A stretch of 64,000 nt of DNA from Candidatus Latescibacterota bacterium (GTDB lineage: Bacteria; Latescibacterota; UBA2968; UBA8231): the NCBI GenBank assembly GCA_965221775.1, contig CBDCSU010000006.1:800001-864000 (forward strand). The letters are read 5' to 3'. Below the pieces are notes generated by a model, which made no database searches, was not told the origin of the DNA, and was given only the letters and a program-made list of their open reading frames with translations. Both the position numbers and the translations under genes were made by a program. This document shows positions 47,456 to 57,197 of this stretch, one piece after another (position 1 is the first letter of the stretch; each line of letters opens with the position of its first letter).

Positions 47456-48397
47456 TCAGTCCCGCTCCCCTAACCAGCGCTCGGCCTCGATGGCGGCCAT
47501 GCATCCCGTGCCGGCGGCAGTCACGGCCTGCCGGTAGACGTGGTCCTGGGCGTCGCCGCATGCGAAGACGCCTTCGACGTTGGTCCTCGTCGAGTCCGGG
47601 GCCGTGATCAGGTAGCCGTTGTCGTCCATTTCGAGGACCCCCTCGAAGAGTTGGGTATTCGGTATGTGGCCGATGGCCATGAACACCCCCTGGCAGGGGT
47701 GCTCCCAGGTCTCGCCCGTCTCCGGGTTGCTCAGCCTCACCCCCCGCACCTCCAGCTCGCCGTCCGGCGACAGGATCTCCTCCACCACCGCCGGCGTGAC
47801 GAAGTCGATCTTCTCGTTCTCCTCGGCCCGGTGGAGCATGATCCGCGAGGCCCGGAACTCGGGGCGCCGGTGCACGATGCTCACCCGCGTGGCGAACTTG
47901 GTCAGGAAGGTGGCCTCCTCCATGGCCGAGTCGCCACCGCCGACGACGACCAGCTCCTTGTCACGGAAGAAGAAGCCGTCGCAGGTGGCGCACGCCGACA
48001 CGCCGTGGCCCATGAGCCGGGTCTCCGACTCGATGCCGAGGAGCCGCGCCGAGGCGCCGGTGGCGATGATCACGGCCTCGGCGGTGAAGCTCCGATCCTC
48101 GGCCTTCACCGCGAAGGGGCGCCGCGACAGGTCGACCTCGGTGGCGGTCCGGAACAGGGTGGTGGCGCCGAAGCGCTGCGCCTGCTCGCGGAACTTGTCC
48201 ATCATCTCGGGCCCCATGATCCCCTCGGGGAACCCGGGGTAGTTCTCCACGTCGGTGGTGATCGTCAGCTGGCCGCCGGGCTGCATGCCCTCCAGCACCA
48301 GCGGCGCCAGGTCCGCCCGCGCCGCGTACACGGCGGCGGTGAACCCGGCCGGTCCGGAGCCGATGATCAGGACGTCGTAGTGGCCGTTCTCTGTCAT
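47456..48397 (-). CDS. trxB: Thioredoxin reductase
   Basis: [51 protein letters not shown]. Confidence 0.96.
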   Translation of the reverse strand: MTENGHYDVLIIGSGPAGFTAAVYAARADLAPLVLEGMQPGGQLTITTDVENYPGFPEGIMGPEMMDKFREQAQRFGATTLFRTATEVDLSRRPFAVKAEDRSFTAEAVIIATGASARLLGIESETRLMGHGVSACATCDGFFFRDKELVVVGGGDSAMEEATFLTKFATRVSIVHRRPEFRASRIMLHRAEENEKIDFVTPAVVEEILSPDGELEVRGVRLSNPETGETWEHPCQGVFMAIGHIPNTQLFEGVLEMDDNGYLITAPDSTRTNVEGVFACGDAQDHVYRQAVTAAGTGCMAAIEAERWLGERD

Positions 48398-48447
48398 TCT
48401 ATGGGTTACTCACTCGTTTGGGTGGGTTTACTGGAAGTGGTCCAAAC

Positions 48448-49203
48448 TCAGAGGTTGTGAGATTCGTAGAGCTTCTCAATAGCCAGAAGTGTGTCTCCGA
48501 ATGCTCTGCGAGCCTCAACCGGCCCTACCGTTCTCTGCGCGTGCAACACCTTGGAGAGGCGATCGAAGAGTTCTCTTAAGGTCTCCTTAAGGTGTCCAGA
48601 GGAAACCCTGTCGCGCAACACGGACGACTTGATGTAATCGTAGAGTACGGCGCTCTCCTCTCGGTCGGGGAATAGTCCTCGGCGAACGCATATGTCTCGA
48701 ATACTTGCCTCAAGCAACGTCCGGCACAACCCGAATGCTGCGTCATATTGCTGAAAGGCATAGCACCGTTTGATTTGCTCTACCAGTCGGATCACGCTTT
48801 TGGAGGTATCGCATCCCAGGATCAGTGGTCGCAACTCGCGAAGTGCACTCACGTACTCTTCGGCACTGTACCAGGAATGGAATAGATCAGAGCGCAACCG
48901 CTCAAGGTCCACGCCGTCGACTTCCTCAACTGCGAGGTCCCCACCCGTATGGTCCTTGATTCGCTCGACAATCTCGTCCGAGCGAAAAGTACCGTTCCTG
49001 CCAATCTTGCGAAGAATCTCCAGCGCCTCTGGATCTTCGATTGATATCGTCGATTCATCCAGCATCTGCTGCTTCAGGTTCGCCTTCAGCGTCAGGTACT
49101 CCGCCAGTGCATTACCAAAGACCTCCATATGGCCATCGACGGAAATTTGAACCACTTGTAGATCCAGTTCCGCCAATCTCAATGCGTCATCACGTAAGGC
49201 CAT
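48448..49203 (-). CDS. DUF4145/HEPN-like domain protein (lower GC)
   Basis: RCYAFQQYDAAFGLCRTLLEASIRD and RLSKVLH (Rx5H); atypical codon usage. Confidence 0.55.
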   Translation of the reverse strand: MALRDDALRLAELDLQVVQISVDGHMEVFGNALAEYLTLKANLKQQMLDESTISIEDPEALEILRKIGRNGTFRSDEIVERIKDHTGGDLAVEEVDGVDLERLRSDLFHSWYSAEEYVSALRELRPLILGCDTSKSVIRLVEQIKRCYAFQQYDAAFGLCRTLLEASIRDICVRRGLFPDREESAVLYDYIKSSVLRDRVSSGHLKETLRELFDRLSKVLHAQRTVGPVEARRAFGDTLLAIEKLYESHNL

Positions 49204-49234
49204 CGTTTCCCCATAGCCCATGCTGCTTCGCCGG

Positions 49235-50242
49235 CTACTTACTCTGTGGGTGCGCCGCACTCCACTCCCGTGCGCGGCGCTGCGCCTCGGCGAGGGCTTC
49301 CTTGGTCAGAGCTTCAGCCACGGCGTCACGAAGCTCCGCAGCAGCTGTGCGTTGCTCTCCGGCCAAACGGGAGGCAGCCAGATTCGCCCACATGTGAGCC
49401 GTGACAAAATCCTGAGTCACACCGCGGCCATCGGCACAGAAGATTCCGAGGGCAAGCATTGCCTTGGTATTGCCCTGCTCGGCGGCCTTGTGGTACCAAG
49501 CAGTCGCCTCGGCATAGTCTTGGGACACTCCACGACCCTCGGCGTACATGCTTCCCAGATTCGCCTGCGCTGTGGCCTCGCCCTGATCGGCGGCAAGGCG
49601 CAGCCATCGAACCGCTTCGGTGTCATCCTGTGGCACACCCCGGCCCTCGGCGTACATGAAGCCCAACCGGGCCTGCGCTGAGGTGTTCCCCTGATCAGCT
49701 GCGAGGCGGTACCAACGAACTGCCTCGACATCACTCTGTGGTACACCCCGGCCCTCGGCGTGCATGAGCCCCAGCAACTTCTGCACGTTGGCCTCGCCTT
49801 GGTCGGCTGCCCTGCGGTACCAACGAACCGCCTCGGCCTCATCCTGTGCTACGCCCAAGCCGAACAGGTACATGGCCCCAAGCGAGATCTGTGCTGGGGC
49901 GTGGCCCCGATCGGCGGCAAGGCGGTACCACCGGACCGCTTCGGTGTCATCTTTTGGCACACCACGCCCCCCGACATACATGCCACCGAGACGAAACTGC
50001 GCTTCGGCATTACCCTGATCGGCTGAGAGGCGGTACCAACGAATTGCTTCGCCGTCGCTCTGTGGCACTCCGCCACCCTCGGCATACATGAGCCCCAGCT
50101 CGCCCTGCGCGGAGGCGTCGCCAGCCTCGGCTCGGGCGCGTATGTCGGCGACTTTCTCGCCCTCTTGCGCGCGCACTGGCGCACCGAGCGTTGTGATACC
50201 AACGACCACCGCAACTGCTGCGCATACCATGAGGTGAACCAT
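49235..50242 (-). CDS. Exported Sel1-like repeat protein (7 repeats of 36 aa)
   Basis: GGAGG RBS, signal peptide ending VRA; repeated AQxxLGxMYxxGRGVPQDxxEAVRWYRLAADQG. Confidence 0.92.
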   Translation of the reverse strand: MVHLMVCAAVAVVVGITTLGAPVRAQEGEKVADIRARAEAGDASAQGELGLMYAEGGGVPQSDGEAIRWYRLSADQGNAEAQFRLGGMYVGGRGVPKDDTEAVRWYRLAADRGHAPAQISLGAMYLFGLGVAQDEAEAVRWYRRAADQGEANVQKLLGLMHAEGRGVPQSDVEAVRWYRLAADQGNTSAQARLGFMYAEGRGVPQDDTEAVRWLRLAADQGEATAQANLGSMYAEGRGVSQDYAEATAWYHKAAEQGNTKAMLALGIFCADGRGVTQDFVTAHMWANLAASRLAGEQRTAAAELRDAVAEALTKEALAEAQRRAREWSAAHPQSK

Positions 50243-50355
50243 TTCAGACTGTCCTCCATACGCGATCTGAACAGTATCGGCCTGAGTCGCAGACGCCCTG
50301 AGCGACACGTCCAGATCGTGGGGGCCCCCGCGCCAGCTCGACTCCTGGGCTGGAG

Positions 50356-51312
50356 CTACGCGATCCGGTACGGCACCTCCCGCCCTTCCAGCCCCGCCAC
50401 CAGGTTGTCCACGGACATGCTCGACATGGCGTCCCGGGTCTGGCGGGTGGCCGAGCCCAGGTGCGGGAAGATCACCAGGTTCTCCTGCGAGAGCAGGGGG
50501 TGGTCGCGCGGCAGCGGCTCCGGGTCGGTGACGTCGGTGGCCGCGGCGTGCAGGTGCCCGGCGCGCAGCGCCTCGAGGACCGCCTCCTGGTCCCAGACCG
50601 GGCCCCGGGCGGCGTTGACGAGGACCGCCGTCGGCTTCATCCGCGCGATCTCGCGGGAGCCGATGAGGCCGCGCGTCTCCTCGGTGAGGGGGCAGTTGAG
50701 GGTGACGAAGTCGGACTGCTCCAGCAGCTCGTCGAGGGACAGGTAGCGGGCGCCCAGCTCCCGCTCGGCGCGCTCGTTGCGGTTGCGGTTGTGGTAGAGG
50801 ATCTCCATGTCGAAGCCCGCCGCCCGCCGGGCGACCTGGTAGCCGATGCGGCCGAGGCCGACGATGCCGAGGGCGGCCCCCGTCACCTGCTGGCCGAGGA
50901 GGATCGCGGCGTCGTAGTGGGTGAACTCCGGGCCGCGGGCGAAGTGGTCGCCGCGGATGGCGTTGCGCGCCGCCGCCAGCAGCAGGGTCCAGGTCAGGTC
51001 GGCGGTGGCCGCGTCGAGCACGCCCGGGGTGTTGCCCACGGGGATGCCGAGGGAGCGGGCCCCCTCCAGGTCGATGTGGTCGCAGCCGACGCCGAAGTTG
51101 CTGACGATCTTCAGCTTCGGGCAGAGGGTCATCAGCTCGCGGCTCACCCACATGTGGCTGTACACGTAGATGCCGTCGAGGGCGCCGTAGTCGAGGCCGG
51201 GCGGCGGTTCCTCCTCGCGCCACCAGTCCAGCTCGCAGTGGGCCTCCGCCAGCAGGCGCATGACGGTCTCGTAGGGCTCCACGTCCGACTGCATCAGGAT
51301 CCGCCAGGGCAT
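50356..51312 (-). CDS. D-isomer-specific 2-hydroxyacid dehydrogenase (glyoxylate reductase-like)
   Basis: NTPGVL, GIVGLGRIG, NAARG, DVTDPEP, PHLGSAT. Confidence 0.92.
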   Translation of the reverse strand: MPWRILMQSDVEPYETVMRLLAEAHCELDWWREEEPPPGLDYGALDGIYVYSHMWVSRELMTLCPKLKIVSNFGVGCDHIDLEGARSLGIPVGNTPGVLDAATADLTWTLLLAAARNAIRGDHFARGPEFTHYDAAILLGQQVTGAALGIVGLGRIGYQVARRAAGFDMEILYHNRNRNERAERELGARYLSLDELLEQSDFVTLNCPLTEETRGLIGSREIARMKPTAVLVNAARGPVWDQEAVLEALRAGHLHAAATDVTDPEPLPRDHPLLSQENLVIFPHLGSATRQTRDAMSSMSVDNLVAGLEGREVPYRIA

Positions 51313-51438
51313 AGGTCTTCTACCTCCTCACGTCACGGTCGTCGAAGCAGGCGAATATAGGGGCAGCGCCGACCTTGAGCCGCCGCCGCGGCCTCCCATA
51401 GACTTGAGACAGTCACCCCGAACCGGAGTCATCCGACC

Positions 51439-52188
51439 ATGCTGCTGCCCAACCTGGCCGGCCACTACCACTTCCTGAAAGGCATCGATCCCTACTCCTC
51501 GGGGGTGATCGCCGACCCGGGGTTCGAGATCGTCCACGTCATCCTGCGCGACCAGCCACCCTGGCGGCTCGGCTTCGAGCGGGTCGAGGCGCACCTGGAC
51601 CCGCAGGGCCTCGGCCGGTCCGCCCTGTGCGGCGTGCAGCTGCGCTGCCCGCGGCCGTACAGCATCGAGGGCTTCATCCGGTTCAACGACGAGTACCGCC
51701 GCCTCCTCGCCGAGTGGGAGCTGCTCATCGACGGCCTCAACCCCGTGGCCCGCACCAACGTGGCGCCCTCCCACGAGCCGCCGCAGGAGCCGTGCATGTT
51801 CGCCTTCTCCTACACCGCGCCGGCCGCCGCCGGCCTCGCTCCGTCGCTGGTCGTCGCGGGAGCCGGTGAGCTGCGCGGGAGCGCCCTGGAGGCATCGGCC
51901 ATCGTGCGCCGCGGCGACACCTCCGAGGAGGGGATGCGCGAGAAGGCGGTCTGCGTCATGGAGATCATGGAGCAACGGCTTCAGGGTCTCGGCGCCGGCT
52001 GGGAGCAGGTGGATCAGGTGAACGTCTACACCGTCCATCCCCTGTGCGGCTTCCTCGAGGAGGTCCTTCTCGAGCGCATGGGCCCGGCCCGGCAACTGGG
52101 CATCCACTGGCATCACACCCGTCCCCCGGTGGAGGAGATCGACTTCGAGATGGACCTGCGCGGGGTCCATCGGGTGCTGATGCTGTAG
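51439..52188 (+). CDS. CnbZ-like (2-amino-5-chloromuconate deaminase family / RidA-fold) protein
   Basis: GIDPYSSGV, LCGVQLRCP, NPVARTNVAP, AFSYT, VAGAGE, FEMDLRGV; family recognised from memory. Confidence 0.65.
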   Translation: MLLPNLAGHYHFLKGIDPYSSGVIADPGFEIVHVILRDQPPWRLGFERVEAHLDPQGLGRSALCGVQLRCPRPYSIEGFIRFNDEYRRLLAEWELLIDGLNPVARTNVAPSHEPPQEPCMFAFSYTAPAAAGLAPSLVVAGAGELRGSALEASAIVRRGDTSEEGMREKAVCVMEIMEQRLQGLGAGWEQVDQVNVYTVHPLCGFLEEVLLERMGPARQLGIHWHHTRPPVEEIDFEMDLRGVHRVLML

Positions 52189-52941
52189 TCAGCTCCCCGG
52201 CGCCGGCTCGAAGCAGCGCAGCGACCAGCCCCGTCCCGCGGCGCACAGGGCGGCGGCGTACCCCGGTCCGGGGTCGACATCGGCCATGCCCCAGCCGGCG
52301 GCGTCGCCGTCCTGGATCCATGTCAGACGGGCGGCGGCCGGGTCCAGGGAGACGGCGAAGCTCCGCAGGCCCTGGGTGACGCCGCGGCCGGTGGCCTTGA
52401 CGAAGGCTTCCTTGCGTGTCCAGCACCGGAAGAAGGCGGACCGGCGTTCCTCGGGGGGCAGGCTGCACAGGGCCTCCAGTTCGCGCCCGTGGAAGAACCG
52501 CCGCGCCACCCGTTCCCAGGAGACCTCCCGCCCCGTCCGCTCCACGTCGACGCCCAGTTCCCGCCCGCGGCCGAAGGCCAGCAGCAGCAGGTCCCCCGAG
52601 TGCGACTGGTTGAAGGTGAGATCCGCCGCCGGCTCGCGGAGGGAGGGCTTGCCCTGCTCGCCGTAGGCCAGCTCGAGCTCGGCGGCAGGGACCCGCGCAT
52701 AGCCGGAGAGCAGGCTCCGCAGCCGGCGCCGGGCGGCGAGGAAGCGCCGCCGGGGCTCGCCGGCGGGGTACGCCGAGGACCGCTCCAGCTCCTCCTTTGT
52801 TAGGGCGGCCTCGTCGGTGGGCTCTCCTGCGCGGGGGCTCCCGAGTCGAACGCGCCAGAGGTGGACATCTCCCGCACCGAGGTCCGGGGGAGTCGACGAC
52901 GGCTCCCAGGTCATGGGCGGAGTCCTGGATTTCGAGGCCAT
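52189..52941 (-). CDS. Sfp-type 4'-phosphopantetheinyl transferase
   Basis: GKPSL, FNQSHSG, LGVDVE, WTRKEAFVKATG. Confidence 0.9.
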   Translation of the reverse strand: MASKSRTPPMTWEPSSTPPDLGAGDVHLWRVRLGSPRAGEPTDEAALTKEELERSSAYPAGEPRRRFLAARRRLRSLLSGYARVPAAELELAYGEQGKPSLREPAADLTFNQSHSGDLLLLAFGRGRELGVDVERTGREVSWERVARRFFHGRELEALCSLPPEERRSAFFRCWTRKEAFVKATGRGVTQGLRSFAVSLDPAAARLTWIQDGDAAGWGMADVDPGPGYAAALCAAGRGWSLRCFEPAPGS

Positions 52942-53093
52942 GCGATCACTGAGAAAAGCGGACCCTCCCGCCCCGAACAAGCAGCGCATGGGAGCGCTCG
53001 AAGGCCACCCTCTCTCTCGTTGACAGGAATCCGGGGCCTGCCTACCGTAGCCGGCTCCGTCCTGCAGCCAACCCGGACGTCCAGGAGAGATCG

Positions 53094-55403
53094 ATGTCCA
53101 CCAACCCTGCATATCCCGATTACACCAGCCAAGGCAAGTTCCGGGTCATCGGCACGCGTCCGATCCGACACGACGGCGAGGACAAGGTCACGGGCCGCGC
53201 CGTGTACGGCGCCGACGTGCGCCCCGCCGACGTGCTCTACGGCAAGATGCTGCGCTCGCCCCACGCCCACGCCCGCATCCGCGGCATCGACACCTCGCGG
53301 GCCCTGCAGCTCGAAGGCGTGCGCGCCGTGGCCACCGCCGACGATCTGGTGGAGACCGTCGACAAGCTCTCCGACATCGGCGAGACCCTGGTCAACATCC
53401 GCGAGGTCGCCTCCAACTCCCTGGCCTCGAACAAGGTGCTCTACAAGGGACACGCGGTGGCCGCCGTGGCCGCCACCAGCCCCCACATCGCCGAGGAAGC
53501 CCTGGAGCTGATCGAGGTTGACTACGAGCCCCTGCCGGCGGTGGTCGACATCCTCGAGGCGATGAAGGACGACGCCCCGCTGCTGGACGAGAACCGCACC
53601 ACCCGCCTCCTGGGGGAGAGCACCGAGCGCAGCAGCAATATCGCCTCCCACAACCGCCAGGAGCTGGGCGACGTGGAGGCCGGCTTCGCCGAGGCCGACG
53701 AGATCGTCGAGCGCGAGTTCCGCACCGCCACCGTGCACCAGGGCTACATCGAGCCCCACAACACCACCGTCCTGTGGAAGCAGGACGGATCGATCATCGT
53801 CTGGGTCAGCACCCAGGGCCCCTTCCAGATCCGCTCCCAGGTGGCCGAGGTCCTGCACGTGCCCATCGGCAAGGTGAAGGTGATCCCCTGCGAGATCGGC
53901 GGCGGCTTCGGCGGCAAGTTCCCCATCTACATGGAGCCGGCAGCGGCGGTCATGTCCCACAAGACCGGACGGCCGGTGAAGATGACCATGTCCCGGGCCG
54001 AGGTCTTCCAGGGGTCGGGGCCCGCGCCCGGCGGCGTCGTCCGCTGCAAGATGGGCGTCCGCCGCGACGGCACCCTGACCGCCGCCGAGGCGTGGATGGC
54101 CTACGAGGCCGGCGCCTTCCCCGGGTCGGCCGTCGGCGCCGGGGCCTCGTGCATCTTCGCGCCGTACGACATCCCCAACGTGCGCATCGACGCCCTCGAC
54201 GTGGTCCTCAACAAGCCCAAGTCGACCGCCTACCGGGCCCCGGGCGCCCCCAACGCCGCCCACGCCTCGGAGTCGATCCTCGACGAGCTGGCCGGGCTCA
54301 TCGGCATGGATCCCCTCGAGCTGCGCCTGAAGAACTCCTCCCGCGAGGGCACCCGCCGCGCCGACGGCACCGTGTACAACCGCATCGGCTGCGAGGAGAC
54401 GGTCGCCGCCGCCCTCGAGTCCGAGCACTACCGCAGCCCCAGGCCCGAGGGCCCCTTCACCGGACGCGGGGTGGCCGGGGGCTTCTGGTTCAACGGCGGC
54501 GGCCAGTCGTCGGCCAACATCCACGTCCACACCGACGGCATGGTCAGCCTGGAGGAAGGCTCCGCCGACATCGGCGGCTCGCGCGCCGCCATGGCCATGA
54601 TCGTCGCCGAGGCCCTGGGGATCGACGTGGCCCACGTGAATCCCGCCGTCGTCGACACCGACTCCATCGGCTACCACGACGGCACCGGGGGCAGCCGCGT
54701 CTGCTACGCCACGGGGCACGCCTGCTTCCTGGCGGCGGAGGACACCAAGCAGAAGATGTGCGAGCGCGCCGCCCGGCAGCTGGAGGTCGACGACGGCGAC
54801 GTGGAGTGGCGCGAGGGAGCCGTCTTCGTCTGCAAGTCGGACCCGTCGAAGAAGCTCACCTTCGCCGAGGTCGCCGCCGACCAGGGATCGACGGGCGGTC
54901 CCATCGAGGGGGCGGGCGCCGTCAACGCCTCGGGCCCCGGCAGCGCCTTCGCCGCCCACGTCGTCGACGTCGAGGTCGACCCCGAGACCGGCAAGGTGAA
55001 GATCCTGCGCTACACCGCCGTGCAGGACGTGGGCAAGGCGATCCACCCGAGCTACGTGGAGGGCCAGATCCAGGGCGGCGTCGTCCAGGGGATCGGCTGG
55101 GCCCTCACCGAGGGCTACTTCTACAACGAGGACGGCTCCATGGCCAACCCCACCTTCCTCGACTACCGGATGCCCACCACCCTCGACCTGCCCCTGGTGG
55201 AGACGATCCTCGTGGAGGTGCCCAACCCCGCCTCGCCCCACGGCATCCGCGGGGTCGGCGAGGTGCCGCTGGTGCCGCCCCTGGCGGCGATCGCCAACGC
55301 CGTGGCCGACGCCACCGGCGAGCGGCTGACGGAGCTGCCCATGAGCCCGGACAAGGTGATGCAGGCCCTGCAGCGCCGGAGCTGGCCGGAGGCCGCCGGC
55401 TGA
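53094..55403 (+). CDS. Xanthine dehydrogenase-family molybdopterin-binding (large) subunit
   Basis: KVTGRAVY, LRSPHAHARI, HQGYIEPH, IGGGFGGK, AYRAPG, EGQIQGG, RGVGE. Confidence 0.93.
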   Translation: MSTNPAYPDYTSQGKFRVIGTRPIRHDGEDKVTGRAVYGADVRPADVLYGKMLRSPHAHARIRGIDTSRALQLEGVRAVATADDLVETVDKLSDIGETLVNIREVASNSLASNKVLYKGHAVAAVAATSPHIAEEALELIEVDYEPLPAVVDILEAMKDDAPLLDENRTTRLLGESTERSSNIASHNRQELGDVEAGFAEADEIVEREFRTATVHQGYIEPHNTTVLWKQDGSIIVWVSTQGPFQIRSQVAEVLHVPIGKVKVIPCEIGGGFGGKFPIYMEPAAAVMSHKTGRPVKMTMSRAEVFQGSGPAPGGVVRCKMGVRRDGTLTAAEAWMAYEAGAFPGSAVGAGASCIFAPYDIPNVRIDALDVVLNKPKSTAYRAPGAPNAAHASESILDELAGLIGMDPLELRLKNSSREGTRRADGTVYNRIGCEETVAAALESEHYRSPRPEGPFTGRGVAGGFWFNGGGQSSANIHVHTDGMVSLEEGSADIGGSRAAMAMIVAEALGIDVAHVNPAVVDTDSIGYHDGTGGSRVCYATGHACFLAAEDTKQKMCERAARQLEVDDGDVEWREGAVFVCKSDPSKKLTFAEVAADQGSTGGPIEGAGAVNASGPGSAFAAHVVDVEVDPETGKVKILRYTAVQDVGKAIHPSYVEGQIQGGVVQGIGWALTEGYFYNEDGSMANPTFLDYRMPTTLDLPLVETILVEVPNPASPHGIRGVGEVPLVPPLAAIANAVADATGERLTELPMSPDKVMQALQRRSWPEAAG

Positions 55404-55437
55404 GGCGAGCCCCTCGGCCGGACCGGATGTGATCGGA

Positions 55438-56286
55438 ATGGCCATCCAGCCCCAGCGGTTCCTGGACGCGGTCCTGCCCGTGGTGCGCCAGTGCGCCGGC
55501 GCCTCGCGCCTGTTCCACGGCGACGTGGCCGACGTGGGCAAGAAGGCCGACACCTCTCTCACCGGCGCGCGCGCGCAGCAGGCGTCGAGGGCCTTCACCG
55601 TCCTCGACGGCGCCTTCCAGGACCTCATCCTCGGAGCCGTCCACGCCCGCTTCCCGCGGGTGCGCTGCATCGCCGAGGAGCGCACCCCCATGCGCCGCGC
55701 CTTCGCCGGCAACGGCGGCGACGAGGTGGTCATCCTCGACCCCATCGACGGCACCCTCCACTTCCAGCGCGGCGACGCGCCGTACCACATCAGCATCGGC
55801 CTGGCCCGCGGCGGCCGCATGGTCGCCGCCGCCGTCGCCCGGCCCACGGAGGACAAGATGTTCACCGCGGTGCGCGGGCGCGGCGCCTGGGTGCAGGTCG
55901 GGTCCGGGACACCGAAGCCGCTGCGTCTGCCGGAACGGCCGCGTACGAAGAAGGCCTTCGTCTCCACCAAGGCGCGGCGCTTCCGGACCGCCGCCGGCGA
56001 ACACTTCGAGCCGCGGGACTACCCCCTCGGCGCGGCCCTCGTGCTGACCGAGCTGGCCGAGGGTGCCCTCGCCGCCTACCTCACCCGGCAGGTGGAGGTC
56101 TACGACGTGGGACCCCCTTCCCTGATCGCCGAGGAAGCCGGCGCCTGCTGCTTTCTCGGCGAAGGCCGCGAGCCGACCTACGGCCGCAGCCGCAAGTTCC
56201 CCGTCTACATGGCCGCCGCCGCGCCCCACCTGCGAGACCTGCTGCTGCGGGTGTGCCGCCGCGGCGACCGGGAGAGCGACGAATGA
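55438..56286 (+). CDS. Inositol monophosphatase-family protein
   Basis: AEE, ILDPIDGT, YDVG...LIAEEAG. Confidence 0.82.
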   Translation: MAIQPQRFLDAVLPVVRQCAGASRLFHGDVADVGKKADTSLTGARAQQASRAFTVLDGAFQDLILGAVHARFPRVRCIAEERTPMRRAFAGNGGDEVVILDPIDGTLHFQRGDAPYHISIGLARGGRMVAAAVARPTEDKMFTAVRGRGAWVQVGSGTPKPLRLPERPRTKKAFVSTKARRFRTAAGEHFEPRDYPLGAALVLTELAEGALAAYLTRQVEVYDVGPPSLIAEEAGACCFLGEGREPTYGRSRKFPVYMAAAAPHLRDLLLRVCRRGDRESDE

Positions 56287-57197
56287 GCCGTGAGCATGAG
56301 ATCCGCGGGGTGCTGCCCGTCGTGCACATGCCCTACCACGAGGATCTCGGCATCGACCACGACACCCTGCGCCGGCAGGTGGATCACCTCTTCGACACCG
56401 GCGCTGACGGCCTCTGCCTGGGGCTGGTCTCCGACACCCTGCGCCTGACCGCGGCGGAGCGCGTCGATCTCCCGGCGAAGCTCGCCCGGTTCGCCGGCGG
56501 CCGGGGGCCGGTGGTGATCAGCGTCGGCGCCGAGAGCACCGTGCAGGCGCGGCGCTTCGCCCGCGCCGCGGAGGACGGCGGAGCCGGCGCCCTGATGGCC
56601 ATGCCGCCCCTGTCGCAGGGACTGGCCGAGCCGCAGCTGGCGGAGTACTTCGAGTCCCTGCTGGAGGAGGTCTCGCTGCCGGTCCTCGTCCAGGACGCTT
56701 CCGGGTACGTGGGGAAACCGATGAGCCTGGAGTTCCAGGCCGAGCTGTTCCGCCGCCACGGCGGGCGCGTGCTGTTCAAGCCGGAGGCCGCCCCCCTGGG
56801 GCCGAGCATCTCCGGCCTGCGCGACCTCACCGGCGGCCGCGCGGCGATCTTCGAGGGCAGCGGCGGCGTGCTCCTCATCGACTCCTACCGGCGCGGCGTG
56901 GCCGGCACGATTCCGGGTGTGGAGCTGCTCGACGGCCTCGTCGCCCTGTGGAAGGCCTGCGAGGCCGGCGACTGGGAACGCGCCTACGAGGTCTACCTGC
57001 CGATCTGCGCCATCGCCACCCTGCAGATGCAGGGCGGCCTCGACGGCTACATCGTCACCGAGCGCTACCTGATGCACCGCCAGGGCCTGTTCCCGAACCA
57101 GGTGCACCGGGGGCCGCTGGCCTTCCATCTCGACGAGGAGACCCGCCTGGAGCTCGACCGGCTCCACGACCGCCTGCAGGCGGTCCTGCGTGGCTGA
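56283..57197 (+). CDS. Dihydrodipicolinate synthase/N-acetylneuraminate lyase-family protein
   Basis: GVLPVVHMPY, LTAAER, MAMPP, VQDA, FKPE (Schiff-base Lys). Confidence 0.82.
   Translation: MSREHEIRGVLPVVHMPYHEDLGIDHDTLRRQVDHLFDTGADGLCLGLVSDTLRLTAAERVDLPAKLARFAGGRGPVVISVGAESTVQARRFARAAEDGGAGALMAMPPLSQGLAEPQLAEYFESLLEEVSLPVLVQDASGYVGKPMSLEFQAELFRRHGGRVLFKPEAAPLGPSISGLRDLTGGRAAIFEGSGGVLLIDSYRRGVAGTIPGVELLDGLVALWKACEAGDWERAYEVYLPICAIATLQMQGGLDGYIVTERYLMHRQGLFPNQVHRGPLAFHLDEETRLELDRLHDRLQAVLRG

Noticed and set aside
49235-50242. 108-bp periodic repeats as a possible CRISPR or DNA repeat array
   Set aside because: They are degenerate in-frame Sel1 protein repeats, with no identical repeats, unique spacers or cas genes.
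52189-52941. Sfp-type PPTase as a sign of an NRPS/PKS cluster
   Set aside because: There are no carrier-protein, NRPS or PKS genes in the window, and stand-alone PPTases are common.
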